NCBI GenBank assembly: GCA_013265495.1
Contig: MU058252.1
Location: 840,244-904,243, forward strand
Source of the DNA: Vicugna vicugna
Taxonomy: Eukaryota
Reading direction: 5' to 3'
DNA length: 64,000 bases
The notes beneath the pieces are model-generated. The model ran no database searches and was not told where the DNA came from. It saw only the letters and a list, made by a program, of their open reading frames with translations. The stretch's first letter is position 1, and the number at the start of each line of letters is the position of its first letter. A program made the translations under genes and the position numbers. Below, in pieces: positions 22,217 to 35,484 of this stretch.

Positions 22217-24479
22217 CAACAACTGAATCCACCAGAAGAAAGAGGGAAAGGCATCTGTTTTAAAGACTCAGCGTGGTTCTGTCCTGCTGGGAGGAGGCGG
22301 ACTGACAGGTAAGGTAATGGCTTACGTCCTTGAGAAAAGACTGGGACGGGGTTGGCGTGGAGGTTCTGCAGCGTAACCAGCCTCCAGCTCCAGACCCATG
22401 TCCCGGGGACTAAGTCACTGAGTCTGACCCGGATCTGGATTCAGGCAAACAGGCCCGGTCGATGCTCACGGGCTGTCAAGCAGCCTGGGGTCAGCTGGTT
22501 TTGCGTCTGTGTCTGCGGGTGAGCGGAGGCAGGGAGGTTCTCAGCACTGGGAGGTCCTTGGCATGTGAATCGGAGACTTGGAGACTCCAAGTTAAAGTCT
22601 TAAAGGCCCAAGTTCATTCCTCCACACAGAGTACAAAACCTTTGGCATTTGATGGGAAAACAGACTTTTATTTGAAAAATAAACTGGAGTTTCTGGGAGA
22701 GAAAAGAAGGGCTGTCTGGGATCCCACACAGAGACAGTGTGAAAGACAGAAATTCCACAAGTTAAATCAGCTTCTCTGGGAAGCTCACTAGCATCTCAGA
22801 CGGCTCTCCCGACAGCCTCAGACACAGATCCACAGACCAGGGGCTGGATCTAAAGACCCCGCCCCAGAATCACAGTCATCTGCGATGGCACACCAGTATT
22901 TTAACTACAAACAGAAAATTAAATTTATTTTGGGTGTTGGACACATGTAACCTTGGTCACAGTTATGAGCTGGTCTCAGAAACAGTTCAAACGTCTGCCT
23001 GTCCACATTTCTGGCAAAACCTCAACGCTTCCTTCCACCCCACTGACTCTTTGTGCCCTGAAGCTCCCCGCGGGACTCACTTCACAGGCATTCCAAACCC
23101 ATCCTGCTGCTCATGACCATCTAGGGTGGTATTTGCCAAAGTGCGATCACATCCCCCACCCCTGCTCCCTCGTGCAGCCAGCTGCGTGCGGCAGATACAG
23201 CGCTTTTACTCCGAAGGGGAGTCGAACTGAAAAGAGCACACACAGGCCAGGCTGCACACTGCTTCACCAGGAGCGGTTTCCAGTTGTGTACGTGCACGTG
23301 CTGGATTACGGCATAAAACACGTTTGTGACTGTGGGCTGCAGTCAAGGGGGTTTCAGACCACTGCTGCGACGATGCTTCGGGGCCTCACCTGAATGCCCT
23401 GTGCTGCACGTTTCCTTCACCAGGCTGCTGCCAACTCCCCGGCTCCCAGGGCATGCACTCCACCCTCTCCTCTCCGTCCGTCTACAGATACCAGTCATGG
23501 CCGAGAGTAGCCCTCGAGGTCATCAGAGTAGGGGGCTGTCCAGGTCGGCGATTTTCAATGCTTTTTTTCTAGTAGGACAACAATAAAGTCCCAGTGCCCA
23601 GGGGGCAACTTCCACCTACAGCAGTCACTTGGGGTGGACCGCTGCCCATGAAGGACAGGATGCCATTTCTTGCTTCGTGGGGGACCAGCTAGTGAAATGT
23701 CATCTTCTCACCCCAAGAGCTGTCACTGCACGATCGGAGGTTCTGGGAAGACGACCACTTGTGAAAAAAGCATGTTGGTTTTGATGCTAGAAACCCCTTC
23801 TCAGTTACACGCTAAATGTGCCAACTTCCCCCGCAGCACGTCACCTTTAACTTCTGTGGTGCAATGCCTTTGCCAGAACCTCCCCTGAGAGCTGGTTTTG
23901 GTCTGAGGGTGGCAAACCAGGAGCCCACGAAGGAAGAGGACAGAAAAGGGAGCCCCAGGATCCTCGGAATAACCCTGCCCCTTTCCCATGTGACGTGGGC
24001 AGCCCTCTTTTTAACAAGTGAGGATGGTGTCCATCCTTCATCTAGACCCACAAGCACATCCAGACACATCCTCAGCCCAGACCCAGTGCCCTTTCCAGGT
24101 AGGGAGACAATCTGGGTTCTCGTGTTGCTTGGAGGGGAGGGGGAAGGAGGGGCTGGGCCCCAGAAGAGCATGGGAAGTAAGAGACAAGCATGGGAAGAGC
24201 CAAACACATGATTTTCCCAAAGACAGAAGGTAACAGGAGTGTATCACAAGGGAACACAGACTGCGCAGAAACTTAAAATAAGTCATATCAAGAGCTCTGG
24301 CAGATTGCTCAAGGCAAGAATAACCAGGCGAGGGTTTATGGAGAAGGCAGGGAGAGAGGAGGTCTCAGAGGAGGCGGGAGGCCATCATAACCGATCTCTA
24401 GGTCTATTTTAGGGGCTGCCGGCTGGTCCCCCCACTTCCGTGTCCACATTCTCTCTGAGCAGTAGCCAGACTAGTCCCC

Positions 24480-24930
24480 TCCAAGGGCCAAGTCATTCCC
24501 TTAGCAATCCCTGCCGGTGGCTCCCTGGATCACTTAGTCTGGAATCCTGCCCTGGCCTGCGAGCCCCATCCCACCTCTCCCACCACACCTTCCTCTCCCT
24601 CTCCACTTGGTTCTAGCCACACTCTGCCCCAGGACATTTGCACTGCTCTTCCCTCTGCCAGGCATGCCCTGCCCCACACAGCTGCCCAGCCACTTCCTGG
24701 CTCCATCCTGTCTCTGCTCGAATGCCTCCGTTATCACTTTCCTGATGGTCCTACATTAAAGACCCCTCCATCCTTTACCACTTTACCCTTGTTTTTCTTG
24801 GAGTCGTGCAACATTTTTCGCCTCCCCTCCCTAGAACGCAGTCCCCACAGGGCCAGGGGCTCTCTTGTTCGTGGCTGTGTCCCCAGTGCCCAGTATCACA
24901 GCAGGTTCTCATTAAATATAGACTGAACGG
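24480..24930 (+). mobile_element. L2 3' end
   Basis: ggacatttgcactgctcttccctctgccaggcatgcc...tgtgtccccagtgcccagtatcacagcaggttctcattaaata. Confidence 0.75.
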
Positions 24931-27900
24931 GTATGCAATGTGAGACGGCTCCCCTTTAAAATGACTGGTCAGGCTGGTCAAGGGTGGGGCCCGCTTGTCT
25001 GCTCTGTAACGCCAGCTTTCTTCTGTTTAGGAGGTGCATCTGAAGGTGAACATCCCAACCTTGGAAAAGCACGTGGAGACTGGGTTCTGCCTCTGTCCCT
25101 GTGATGTTATATCGCCCTCTAGTGGTCACTCAGTGGCAAAGCCAGAAAGGACCCTGGAGTTCCGCAGAATCTGTCGGGGCTGTTCCCAGGGCCCCTGGGA
25201 CCCAGGGCGGCTCTCTCACCCCTACAATTTCCTGTGGGAAATCAGATTCAAGCAAGCATTCAGAATAGAAGGGGGACACACATTTAGCCCATCTTGTCTC
25301 GAACGTGGGAGAGACTGAGCATGGACATCCTTCCTTCTGCTCTGTGGTTCCCGGTGCCCTTGCACACAGTGGGGGTGGCTGCCCCTTCAGAGCCCCAGGT
25401 CATCGAGAGCTACGTGGGAGCTTTCCCAAAGTAAACTTTTCTTTTAAAAAGAAGCCAAGTGGAAGGAGTGATACAGAGAACACGTAGAAAAAGTGAATTT
25501 ACAGAAGGCAGAAAGCAGACCTAACTAAAGACCTCGCCAAAGCTGGCCTGATAAGCTTGCTTGCTATTTACTTTGTTGTGGGAGAGTTTTGGAGGAAAAA
25601 GACTGGGGACTACTGACACAAAATGAGGCTTTTGCTAATTGGCTCTTAGCATTTCCTCCTTCTCTGGCTCAGCTGTGGTCACGTAGCAGAGAAGACGTCC
25701 CTACACAAAACCGCCCGCCCCCACCTGTCCGTTTACCTGCTCTGTTTCCCCTCACAGCACAGCGGCGGGGGGATTAAAATCTGTCTGCACTCCAGTTCTC
25801 CCCCACCGAGCCTAGATTAGCTCTTCCAGCTTTGTCTTCATCACCATCCGAACGAGCTTCACCTCTGCCACCAAGAAGGTGTATGAGTTAGTTAGGATAC
25901 TTTAATGGCATCTACAGAACCGTATCACTTAAAAGAGACTAAAGTACCAGGACGTTTATTATCTAAAACACTAAGCCCCATGATGCAAACTGTGTCAAGG
26001 TTCCTTCCAGCCCGTCTGCCCCACCACCCTCTGTGCTGGCCTGGTCACAAGATGGCCAGTGTGTCCAGACACCATGTCCTCACACCACAGTCAGAGGGAG
26101 GAGAGGGACTCAGTCCTCAGGTATCTCTTTGTTGGGGGGGGCGGCATCTTTTCTTTGCTCTTTCACAGAGTCCTCCTTACATTTTGTAGGTTCACCCTGA
26201 GGCCGGTGACCTGGAAGCCAGACACATTCCCAAATGGGAAAGGGTATTAGACCATCTGTAACTCACGCCCTGGGGCTGGGCCCTGGGTAAAACCAGGTTC
26301 TGTTATGAAGAAAGACGGGGGTGGGGAATGGCGGCTGCCAGGTGGCCACTGGAGTTGGCCAGCTCACCTGGTGTGTGTAATGAACTTGGGGAATGAAGGC
26401 CAAGGACGGGGTACAGGCAAGAAAAGTGGGGGCTGCTGCACACGGCAGCCGAGGGCAGCACAGCCGCCTGCCCGCATGTCCTCTGCGGCAGGAGGCACCC
26501 CTAGGATGTGCCCAGTAGACGAGGGCTCTGCCCTCTGACAGCTCGCACACAGAGGGGCGCCGCACTGTAAAGGACGTGCGTATACGCAGGGGCAAAGCAG
26601 ACACAGAAAGATGGTACTGGTGGCTCTCAGGGCCCCGCGAGGGAGCCACCAGAGAGTGCAGGTTAATTCTTCATAGGAGCAAACTCCCGGGCGTCCTCGC
26701 CAAGAGGGTGAGTCAGGCTTTGCTGAGCCCCCACTGCAGCTCACGGGCGATGACTGCGCTGCTGAGCTAGGGGCCCGGAGCAGGTGGCGCGCCTGCCTTG
26801 GGGATAAACAGCTGCCTTGCAGGGTGGCCTGGAGGCCAACGCCCGCTCTGGGCTGGCGGAGCAAACCTGCACCCGACTCGGAGCCCTGGGCGGATGCTGC
26901 GGGAGCTGCGAGGAGGTGCTGCCTTAGGGAACTCGCTTTACTGCACGAACAGGAGACTGACACAGGTACACGTCCCTGGACACACCAGAGGGGCTGGAGG
27001 CTGACACGGGCAGGCAGCTCTAGGGGACAGACGGTCTCCTTGGGGCCATGAGGACACACGAGAGGTATCGCCCAGACTAAAACCCAGCAATGTAGTGGAG
27101 AACAAAAGCAACACAGAGATGGACACACACTGCCCCGTCATGACCTGTCCCGGCATCTCCTGTCCGCCTCTGAGCGCGCTCAAGTCTCCCCTGTCCTGAA
27201 GCAAACAAGCCAGTCCTCAGCTTCCACTGACTTCCGTCCATCCACTTGCTGCCCGTCCACCCGCCTTCATCAGGAGAGGCTCACCTGTGCCGCAGTGAGA
27301 ACTGAGCCCTGAATTCTCGGTAGTTTGACCTAAAAAGGATTTCCATCTCGCTGGCGTCACAGTCCCACACCAGGAAGACAGCTGGCCTGGTGGCTCCCCT
27401 GACAAGGCACCAGGCCTGGCCGCCTGCCTCCTGCCCCCTCAGCACCTCCGCCTTCTTTGCCTCCAGCCGTGTAAACACAGAAGAAGGAACTCACATCTGC
27501 CCTTTACTGTCATAGGCAGGAAGTGATGTCCTCTCACTCCTTTTGGTGGAAACCCCGTCACGTGGTCCCAGCGCAGCCTTGGGAGGGGATGGGAGGAGCG
27601 GAGGAGCCTGGGCTGTGCAGGGAGCCCTCGTTTGCCTTCCCTCCTGACCCAAATGCCCGAGAGAAGGCCAGCATCTCTGACTCCCGGCCTCCCACTCGAC
27701 TCTTGACCCACAAACCCGGCTTCCTTTCCCTCCTGGCTACCGACACTGCACTCTTGAAGATCACCAATGATTCTGACGTTAAGTCACAAGGAACTCGCAG
27801 CAGCCGAGATGGCCTCACGTCCAGCCTTCTCTCCCCATCAGGGACGGGGCTCAGCCACGTGGCAGTTTCTGTCACTGAAAGTACTTGTGATGGAAAGATC

Positions 27901-27969
27901 GCGGGTCAAACTCGACGGGTGACTCTCAGTCTGTCTGTAACTCGGCACCAGCTTCCTGGGGCAGGTCGC

Positions 27970-28394
27970 TGCGTTGGTTTTCTGCAGCTGCCTGGACCAG
28001 AGTGCCCAAACCAGGGACATGGGAAAGTCTTCTCTCTCGGCCTGGAGGCCAGAGCCTGAAACCAAGGTCAGAGTGTAAGTCGGCAGGACCGCACTCCTTC
28101 CTGGCCTCTTCCGGCTTCTGGTGGCTGCCGGCAACCCTTGGCTTGCAGACACACCACTCCTGTCTTTACCTTGGCTGTCCTGTGCCTTCTCCCTGTGTGC
28201 CTCTGTCTTCCCATCACCACCTTCTTATAAAATACCAGTCCTGTGGGACGAGGTGCCCACCCGCTCTGGTAGGACTTTGTCTTAACTAATTACATCTTCA
28301 GTGACTTTGTTTCTGGATAAGGTCACATTCGGAGATGCTGGCGGTTAGGACTTCAACATGTCTTTGTAGAGGGGACACAATTAAACCTGTAACA
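27970..28394 (-). mobile_element. MLT1 (ERVL-MaLR) solo LTR
   Basis: taattacatct...ataaggtcacattc...ggttaggacttcaacatgtc...ggggacacaattaaacctgtaaca. Confidence 0.85.
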
Positions 28395-28611
28395 CTTATT
28401 ATACGGATTCAATGACATTGTATATCTTTATAATCCACCTAACAGTGTCTGAAATAAGCTCTTCATCTTGCCTAATCCCTCAGCTAGCCCTGGGCCTGAA
28501 AACCTGACTGTAATTCCCGTATGATCCTTGCCTTTCTGACCCGCCAGCCAGACGCTGACTATGACCTTGCGTGACTGGATTAGATGCCTTCCTAAAATTG
28601 GTGGAACGTTT

Positions 28612-28770
28612 TTTCTTTAATTGAAGCACGGCTGACTTACAGTGCTGTGTCTGCTCCTGCTGTACAGCATAGTGATTCGGCTACGCGTACACGCTCTCCT
28701 TCGTTCCAGGTTATTATAAGGTATTGAGTATAATTCGCTGTGTTGTGCAGCAGGACCTTGTTGTTTATCT
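28612..28770 (-). mobile_element. L1 3' end, antisense to the + strand
   Basis: ttaattgaagcacggctgacttacagtg...tgtacagcatagtgattc...caggaccttgttgtttatct. Confidence 0.8.
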
Positions 28771-31700
28771 CTGATAACGGTTTCCAGTGTCTACTGTGTG
28801 CAGAGCCCACAGGGCGTTCACGCCCCTCCAGGGACTGTACAAAACAGCAACTTCGGACTCAACTTCATCTTCTTGTTCTGCGATGTCACATGAGTAATCG
28901 AACAACAGAGCTCCACCAGGGCAGCCGGCCCCCACCAGCGCCTTCTAGAAAGGACAGGGATGCGTCATCCCCCTCACCCGGCTCGGGGAGGGCAGGGCGG
29001 CGGCTGGCTGCTCCTCTGAAGGCTTTGTTCTCCCACTGTCAGTTGTGCAGACAACGCAAGCATCAAAATCCACCTCCCTTTCGTGGGGGCGGGAGTGGGG
29101 GCGGGAGGGGCTGGCAGGAAGGCTCTTGTTAAAAGGAAACATTTGGAGTCAGTGATGGCAGGTGGGAACAGGGAGGTGGTGTGGAGGTGGGAATTGAGGC
29201 CCAAACGAAATGCACTTTCCAGGAGACTGCCTTCTCCCCCCAGTGTCAGAGATGGTCTCTCAGCATCTCCCTGCCTCGGGTGGTTTGCTCTTGATTCTCT
29301 TCCAAGCCAGGTCTCTGCGGGTTGTCTGAGGACCGGGAGTCAGAGCGACCGCAGCCCACGTGCTCCTTCGCGTCTGGCTGCAGCATCCCAGGAGGCGGGA
29401 AGAGCCGAGACTCTGCTGGACACAAAGTCTCTGAGCCACACCATTCAGAGGGCAAAGAAAGCGCCCAGGATGTCCCTGAGAACCTCAGGCTAACAAGGTT
29501 GCTGGTGGACCAGGCTAAGGATAGCTCGTGTTCAGCCGTCGGTGCCGCAGGATGGCCGGGCCCGTTAGAAAGATGGAAATGTTTTTGGTGGTGAACAGCC
29601 ACGTCCAGGGACTTCCTGCCCCTCCTGGGACGTCCAACCCCACTATCCGGCAAAATGGCTACCCCAAAAGGTAACCGCAGGACAGGCTGCCTCTAGTGCC
29701 AAGGCTGGGCTCCCTTCTCTTCCCAGGGGTCCGGTGTGGCCTTATTTTGAATATCACCCTCGATTAGACCGCCACTGAGCGGGGCGAGGGAGAGGGACAG
29801 ACACTGCATTGACACCGATGTCTCAGTGCTGGCTTGCAACATCGCAACACCTTTAGCAAGTCAGGGTCAACCTGGACGGCGCTGCATCGGCTACGGGGTG
29901 TCCTCTGGGCCTCGCCCAGCTTTGCTCCCTGGGACCCAAAGGGAAAGAAAAAGGAGGAAGGATTCAAGTTGAAAAATACTCTCTATGAAAGGAGTATTTT
30001 ACTCTGCAAGACAGTACAGTAGTGGGGCAGCAGAAAGCCCGTTTACTGTCCCCAAACCTGTGGGTGCTGGGGTCACGTCAGAAGAACACTCCTAAGTTCG
30101 GGGGGCAGAGGGGGGCGAGGCAGGAGCGGGGCGGCCAGAACGGGGAGCTGGGCTGAGTGCGGAGCCGCCGCCAGACTGTCCACCCGGAGCGCCGTCGGTC
30201 CCAGGGCCGCAGAGGCGAGTCTGTGCCACGGCCCTGCCCGCGCTCGCGGGGTGCGTTTCCCCTTTGCCTCATCTTCTGACCCCAAACCTGACTTGCCCAA
30301 GGAGATCTTTTTATAAACAGAAAATCTGTCTTCCAAAGACAAAGTCTGCCCATCACCAAGAATATTAAAAGCATGGATGCAGCTTGAAGGTAGTTCTCAA
30401 AGAAGGCTTTCAAAAATGTGAGGAATTACTGTTCCTCGTCGTGGAAGGAAGAAGAAAGGTCCAGAGTTAGCATGAAGACTAGCTCCCTCCCCCGCTTGCC
30501 AGGCCCAGGGGCCCGCAGAGGCCATCAGGACTCGTCCTCCTTGGCACCAGCCATGCCCCCGCCCGCCCTGCACGACCGTGCCAGGAGGGTGGGGAGGTGA
30601 GCGGCCCTCGCCTGGCCACGCCCCCGGCGCTCCTTCTGGAAGGAAGCAGGCAGCGCCCGTCCACCTGGAGGCGGGGGCTCATTCAGAGCCTGAGCCGCAG
30701 GGCTGCGGACGCTGTTTCACAGCCGGAAAAGTCAGTCTTTGGAATTAAGCCAAAACACAGTCTTTGCTTCCAAGGGGCATGTAAAAGCTCCCGAGAGAAA
30801 CACTCCCTTTGAGCAAGATGTGTACTTTTCCCTGTCCTCCCGAAGGTTTGGGTACAAGCCTTGGAGAGAAAATCTTGACTCCTAGAAAGAGGGGGAATTC
30901 TACAAATATCAGGGGAGATGAGATCTGGGCTTTTTAAGCTAGAACTGACCTCTGAGTGTTCCTCGGGCGAGAGAACCGGCTTCCTCTACCATCCCCTGTC
31001 AAGTGGAGCGGTCCTTGGACCCTGGGTGGACGCATCTTGCCCAGTTCCAGAAGCCTATTCAAGAAAACCAGTGTATGTTCTCGTAATTCACAGCTGGCCT
31101 CGTTCCACAAAGGACTTGAGGTACAAGGAGATACAGGACGCACCTGGATACTCTAAGTTAAAAGGAGGTGGAAACTGACCTGAGACCCCTGTGAATGAAA
31201 TACACTGCAGCCATATCAGTAAACAAAGGACGCTGTGGCCGTCAAGTCGTCAGCCGGTACCGCCGCCCCCGACAGCAAGTAGGGGGAGCTTGGGATGGAG
31301 GCAAGCAGGCGGCCCGGCCCCTGCAGCCGCCCACAACGGCAGTCCTTTGGGGAGGTGTCAGGGGCAAGGTGGGAGCAACGGTGCAGCTGGATCCCCAAAC
31401 CCAGTAATGTTTCCTTAAAAGTGCCCTCGAGCTGCCCGCCCCCTCTCCCCTGCCCTACTCAGCACAGGCACTGGGCTTCTCTCCTTGGTCTCACTTTCCA
31501 GAACTCTCCTCAGTCCTCCCCAACTCAGTCCACCTTGCAGAGCCTTCCCTTCACTCACCCTGACCCCCTCTGCCCTTTCTAGCAGGAGCCCATCCTGCTC
31601 TCGGCCCAATCAGTACACCAAAGCTCTGAGTCTCAAGCCTGCCAACCTCCAGGGGCGGCGAGAAGGACCGTGAATACTGACATCACAGTTATAAATGTCT

Positions 31701-31889
31701 GCACCCTTTAGAAAGGCCCGACACCCCAAGTTTAAGACAGGCACTCACTTTGGGGAATACTGAAAAAAACACTTGTTCCGTATAGAAGTGGTTTTGGTGC
31801 CAGGAATGACCTCTAGTCTTCCTCCTCCTAAATGGCTAGTCAGTCGTCCTGTCACTGGCTTATTTATTCCTAGAAACCCATTCCTGCAG

Positions 31890-32135
31890 AGCAGAGTCTG
31901 AGCACCTGGGTTCGAAGTGGATTCGGGAGTTGGACCGCCTGTGTTCACATCTTGGTTCTGCCAGTTATCGGCGGCGTGGCCTTTGCTCATGGACTTGGCC
32001 CCTCTGTGCCTCAGTTTCTACGTTGATGAAAATAGTAAAAGCACCGCTTCATGGAGTTTTTATGGAGACTAAAACAACGGTCACATATGATGCATCTAGA
32101 ACGTGCGTGGCAGACGTTTATAGCTGTTATCAGTG
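31890..32135 (+). mobile_element. MIR SINE
   Basis: cctgggttcgaa...ctctgtgcctcagtttc...tagctgttat. Confidence 0.75.
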
Positions 32136-32399
32136 ATTAGGGAGCAAAGTTTAGGAATATGAAATCCAGTCCTTCCTGAAGTCCTGCCTTGCTGGCTGTG
32201 CAAGATCGTTTGGCTTTTAAAAAGACTTTAACCTTGTTATTTGCAGTTCATGAACATACTGACCTGCACTCCCTTTCCTCATCTCCAACGGCCAGATCAC
32301 CCTCAATTAAGTTGTAAAAAGTCTTCTGAAGATAAGATTTGCTGCTTTCCGGAAGCTTCTACTGCTACCTGGCCACTTAGGATTCTTGAGGAACTAGAC

Positions 32400-32527
32400 A
32401 AGGTGTAAACATTTTCCAATTTGTGGGCCACGTGGTCTCCGACGCACAGCTCGGATCTGCTGTCGCAGCAGGAAAGCCGATGAAAGAAACAAGGGCATGA
32501 CTGTGTCTGGATGATTCATTTACAAAA
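32400..32527. mobile_element. MER58-like fragment
   Basis: gtaaacatttt...tgtgggccacgtggtctc...catgactgtgtc...catttacaaaa. Confidence 0.55.
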
Positions 32528-33778
32528 ATTACTAAAGGTGACAGGTTGCATCTTGTCCTGGGGCATAATATGCCACCACTGTATTAGAGGAAGATGCAAA
32601 AAAGTGAGTTATTGCTTGGCTGGTTGGGGTGACTGACCCCAATAATCCAAGGGAAGTAGGTTTGCTACTGACAGCAGGCCTGGGAGAAGCAGGGTGAAAA
32701 TTCACATACCCAGGAGGTGGATCAACACCTCTGGGCCAGGAGACCAGAGGAAGACTACAGCCATTCAAGCAGCCCCTCCAAGAGGGAGGGTCCATCTGGA
32801 ACAAAGGTCCGGGTGTCCTCGCTGGGCGACGCGCACCAGCCCACCCGCCTGCGCACCCACAGGCCCCCAGACCAGCTGCAGCACCTGCAACTGAAGCCTC
32901 CATCGGCATTGCCTCTTTCCTTCCTGAGGGGCCTGAAGATGGAATTGCCTCCTTCTCCTTTATGTCCCCTACGAGGACGTCTGTGCTCAGAATCCCTAAC
33001 TTCCCTCTTTCTGTCTCCTGATAACAGACAATAGCGTTTACCAAGCTGGAGTGTCACCCGGGCAGTCTGCGGCACCGTTAGAGTCTAGGTCATCACACAG
33101 GCCGTAAGTCACAGGACAGGAGGGGGTACAGACAGAACTGGAGGAGAAGCGGCCTTTCATCACGTTGGGATCGAGGGCTCCCTTCGCGCCGACATCCTTA
33201 GTTGTGATGGCCGGACACGATGCTGGTGGCCTAGCACCGGGAAGCAGCGCGCACACGTACCACTGTGCGCGGGGTGACGGGACCGAGTTCAATGAGGGCC
33301 CCTTAGTACAAACGGGAGGCTGTGTGCGTGCACGTGCGCTGCACAGAGGACAAGGCTGGGGTACAGGTGCCTCCCGGGCTGCCAAGTGGGCCTCTTCTCC
33401 AGGAGCTTCCCGCCCACCTCCTGGGTGGGCTCCTGGTTATTCTGCTCTTGCTGTGTGACCCCCCAGCCCCCCAATAACTGGCTGGCTCAGAGATCCCAAC
33501 TGGGCTAATCAGACAACCTGTGATGAGGGATTTAGAATGGTAAGTAGGGACACAAAGACTAGGAATTCTCTGGATCGCACAGAAAGATCCATGAAGTCCT
33601 GCTGCCAAGGCCCCCAGAACCAGCCTGGCTCCTTCCCTTCCTAAGCCCCAAGCACTCAGCTCTTCTTTGAATTCTGTAAACACACCCAGATCCTTCTGAT
33701 AAATTGTTTTCCTTGTTAAAAAAAGAGTGGGGTAAGAGTAAAACGATGGGGACCGAAGATGGATTCAAAAATCAGGCT

Positions 33779-33931
33779 TATATACACAGGGAACTATATT
33801 CAATGTCCTGTAGTAACCGATAGTGAAAAAGAACATGAAAACAAATATATGTATGTGCACGGATGACTGAAACATGCTGTGCACCAGAAGTTGACACAAC
33901 ATTGTAAACTGACTAGACGTCAATAAAAAAA
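33779..33931 (+). mobile_element. Short, relatively young L1 3' end
   Basis: 12-bp TSD aaaaatcaggct (33767-33778 and 33932-33943), aataaa and poly-A. Confidence 0.88.
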
Positions 33932-35038
33932 AAAAATCAGGCTAGAAATGCACCCCTTAATGCCCCTCGTACAAATTTGGTTCACACATTTCCAGCAGGC
34001 AAGGCAGACAGGGAGAACAGGGCCCTTACGTGATTAGTGTCCATTAGACAGAAAACAATCCGGTTGCTCAGGAGTACAGCTATTCTCGGTACCAAGTCAG
34101 GAAATTTCTCCCACGGGCCTCGGTAAGAAAACGATGTCTTCGTGACATCCTTCCAGTGGACCTGGTGGGTTTCTGGGGCTGCTTCTTACCAAGACCCTCC
34201 ATTCGGGGCCGATGGCATTACCCTCAAACTCAACTTTGTGCAACTGGTTCTGGGGCAGTGGGAGCAACACATTGTCTAGGCACCTTGATCCAGGAGGAGA
34301 GTCAAGTAGGCGGAGAAGCAGATAGATTGTATATCCTCCATGCAAGCCTCACACCAGCACAAGTGAAAAATCAAGCGGGAAGGAGCCTGACGACCCTGCC
34401 AGGGAACAAGAGGTGCCTGGACTCTGCCCGCACGTGGACCCGGACCTTCCTGCTTCATCGACTGGCGAGGTGGCACTGGCTTCTGGTTGGGGAGGGCCAG
34501 GGATCTGGGCTTGGGGGTTCAAAGGCAGCAGCACAGGGAGATTTCCTGGAACCAGGTTCTTCCTGGTCTGAACACCCCCAACCCAACTCAGAAAGCTTCC
34601 CTGAAGAAGCCGAGCCCCCAACCCACCCTAATCAATGTCTATCTCTACAAGCAGCCCCAGCCACTCCACGGACTTCTTGAGCCCCACCGGCCGCTGCCTA
34701 GCCAGGCAGAGATGAGCCTCACAAAGCTACACTCACCACACAGCATCTCACAACAACACCTTTGCAACTGGGTGTTTTCTGGTCAAGAACACTGAATGGC
34801 CTTTAAAAACACTGAACGGAAAAAGGCAGCATGGACTCCTGCTTGCTGGGGAGCTTATCGCCCGGCCCACCTTCGGTACTCAGCATCCCACCTGCAGGAC
34901 CCCCCGGACCTCCCAGACCTTGCATCTTGGCTGCTCCTTTCTGCCTTCAGAAATGACCCTGGTCTTAACACCCAAAAGTCTTCCCCCTCCCCAGCCAGTG
35001 ACATGGATTGTAGATCTTGGCTTTTCTGACGTAACCTG

Positions 35039-35484
35039 TGTACTGGGGTGGGTGGTGCCCCCCAAGATTCATGTCTCTCCAGGAACCTCAGACTGCAATC
35101 TTATTGGGTCATTGCGCATGTAATCATTAAGATGAGGTCACGCTGGAGTAGGGTGGGCCCTTCACCCAATGTGGCTGGTGTCCCTAGAAGAAAAGGGGAA
35201 GAACAGAGACACACGGACGGAGAAGACCACTTGACGACGCAGGTGGAGGCAGAGAATGGAGTGTTGCTTCTACAAGCCAAGGAACACCAAGTACTGCTGG
35301 CAACACCAGAAGCTAAGAGAAAGGCGTGGAACAGATCCTTCCCTGGGCCCTTCAGAGGGGCCACAGCCCTGTGACGTCTTGATTTGGGGTTTCTGGCCTC
35401 TGCAACTGTGAGAGGATATGTTTCTGTTGTTTAAGCCACCCAGCTTGGGGTTCTTTGTTATGGCTGTCCCAGGAAATTAACACA
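35039..35484 (+). mobile_element. MLT1C-like solo LTR
   Basis: TG...CA ends, TSD acctg/acctt, typical caagccaaggaacaccaa and tttctgttgtttaagccacccag motifs. Confidence 0.88.

Noticed and set aside
26364..27128. Longest ORF in the window (254 aa, minus)
   Set aside because: No recognisable homology, GC-driven composition, overlapped by ORFs in other frames.
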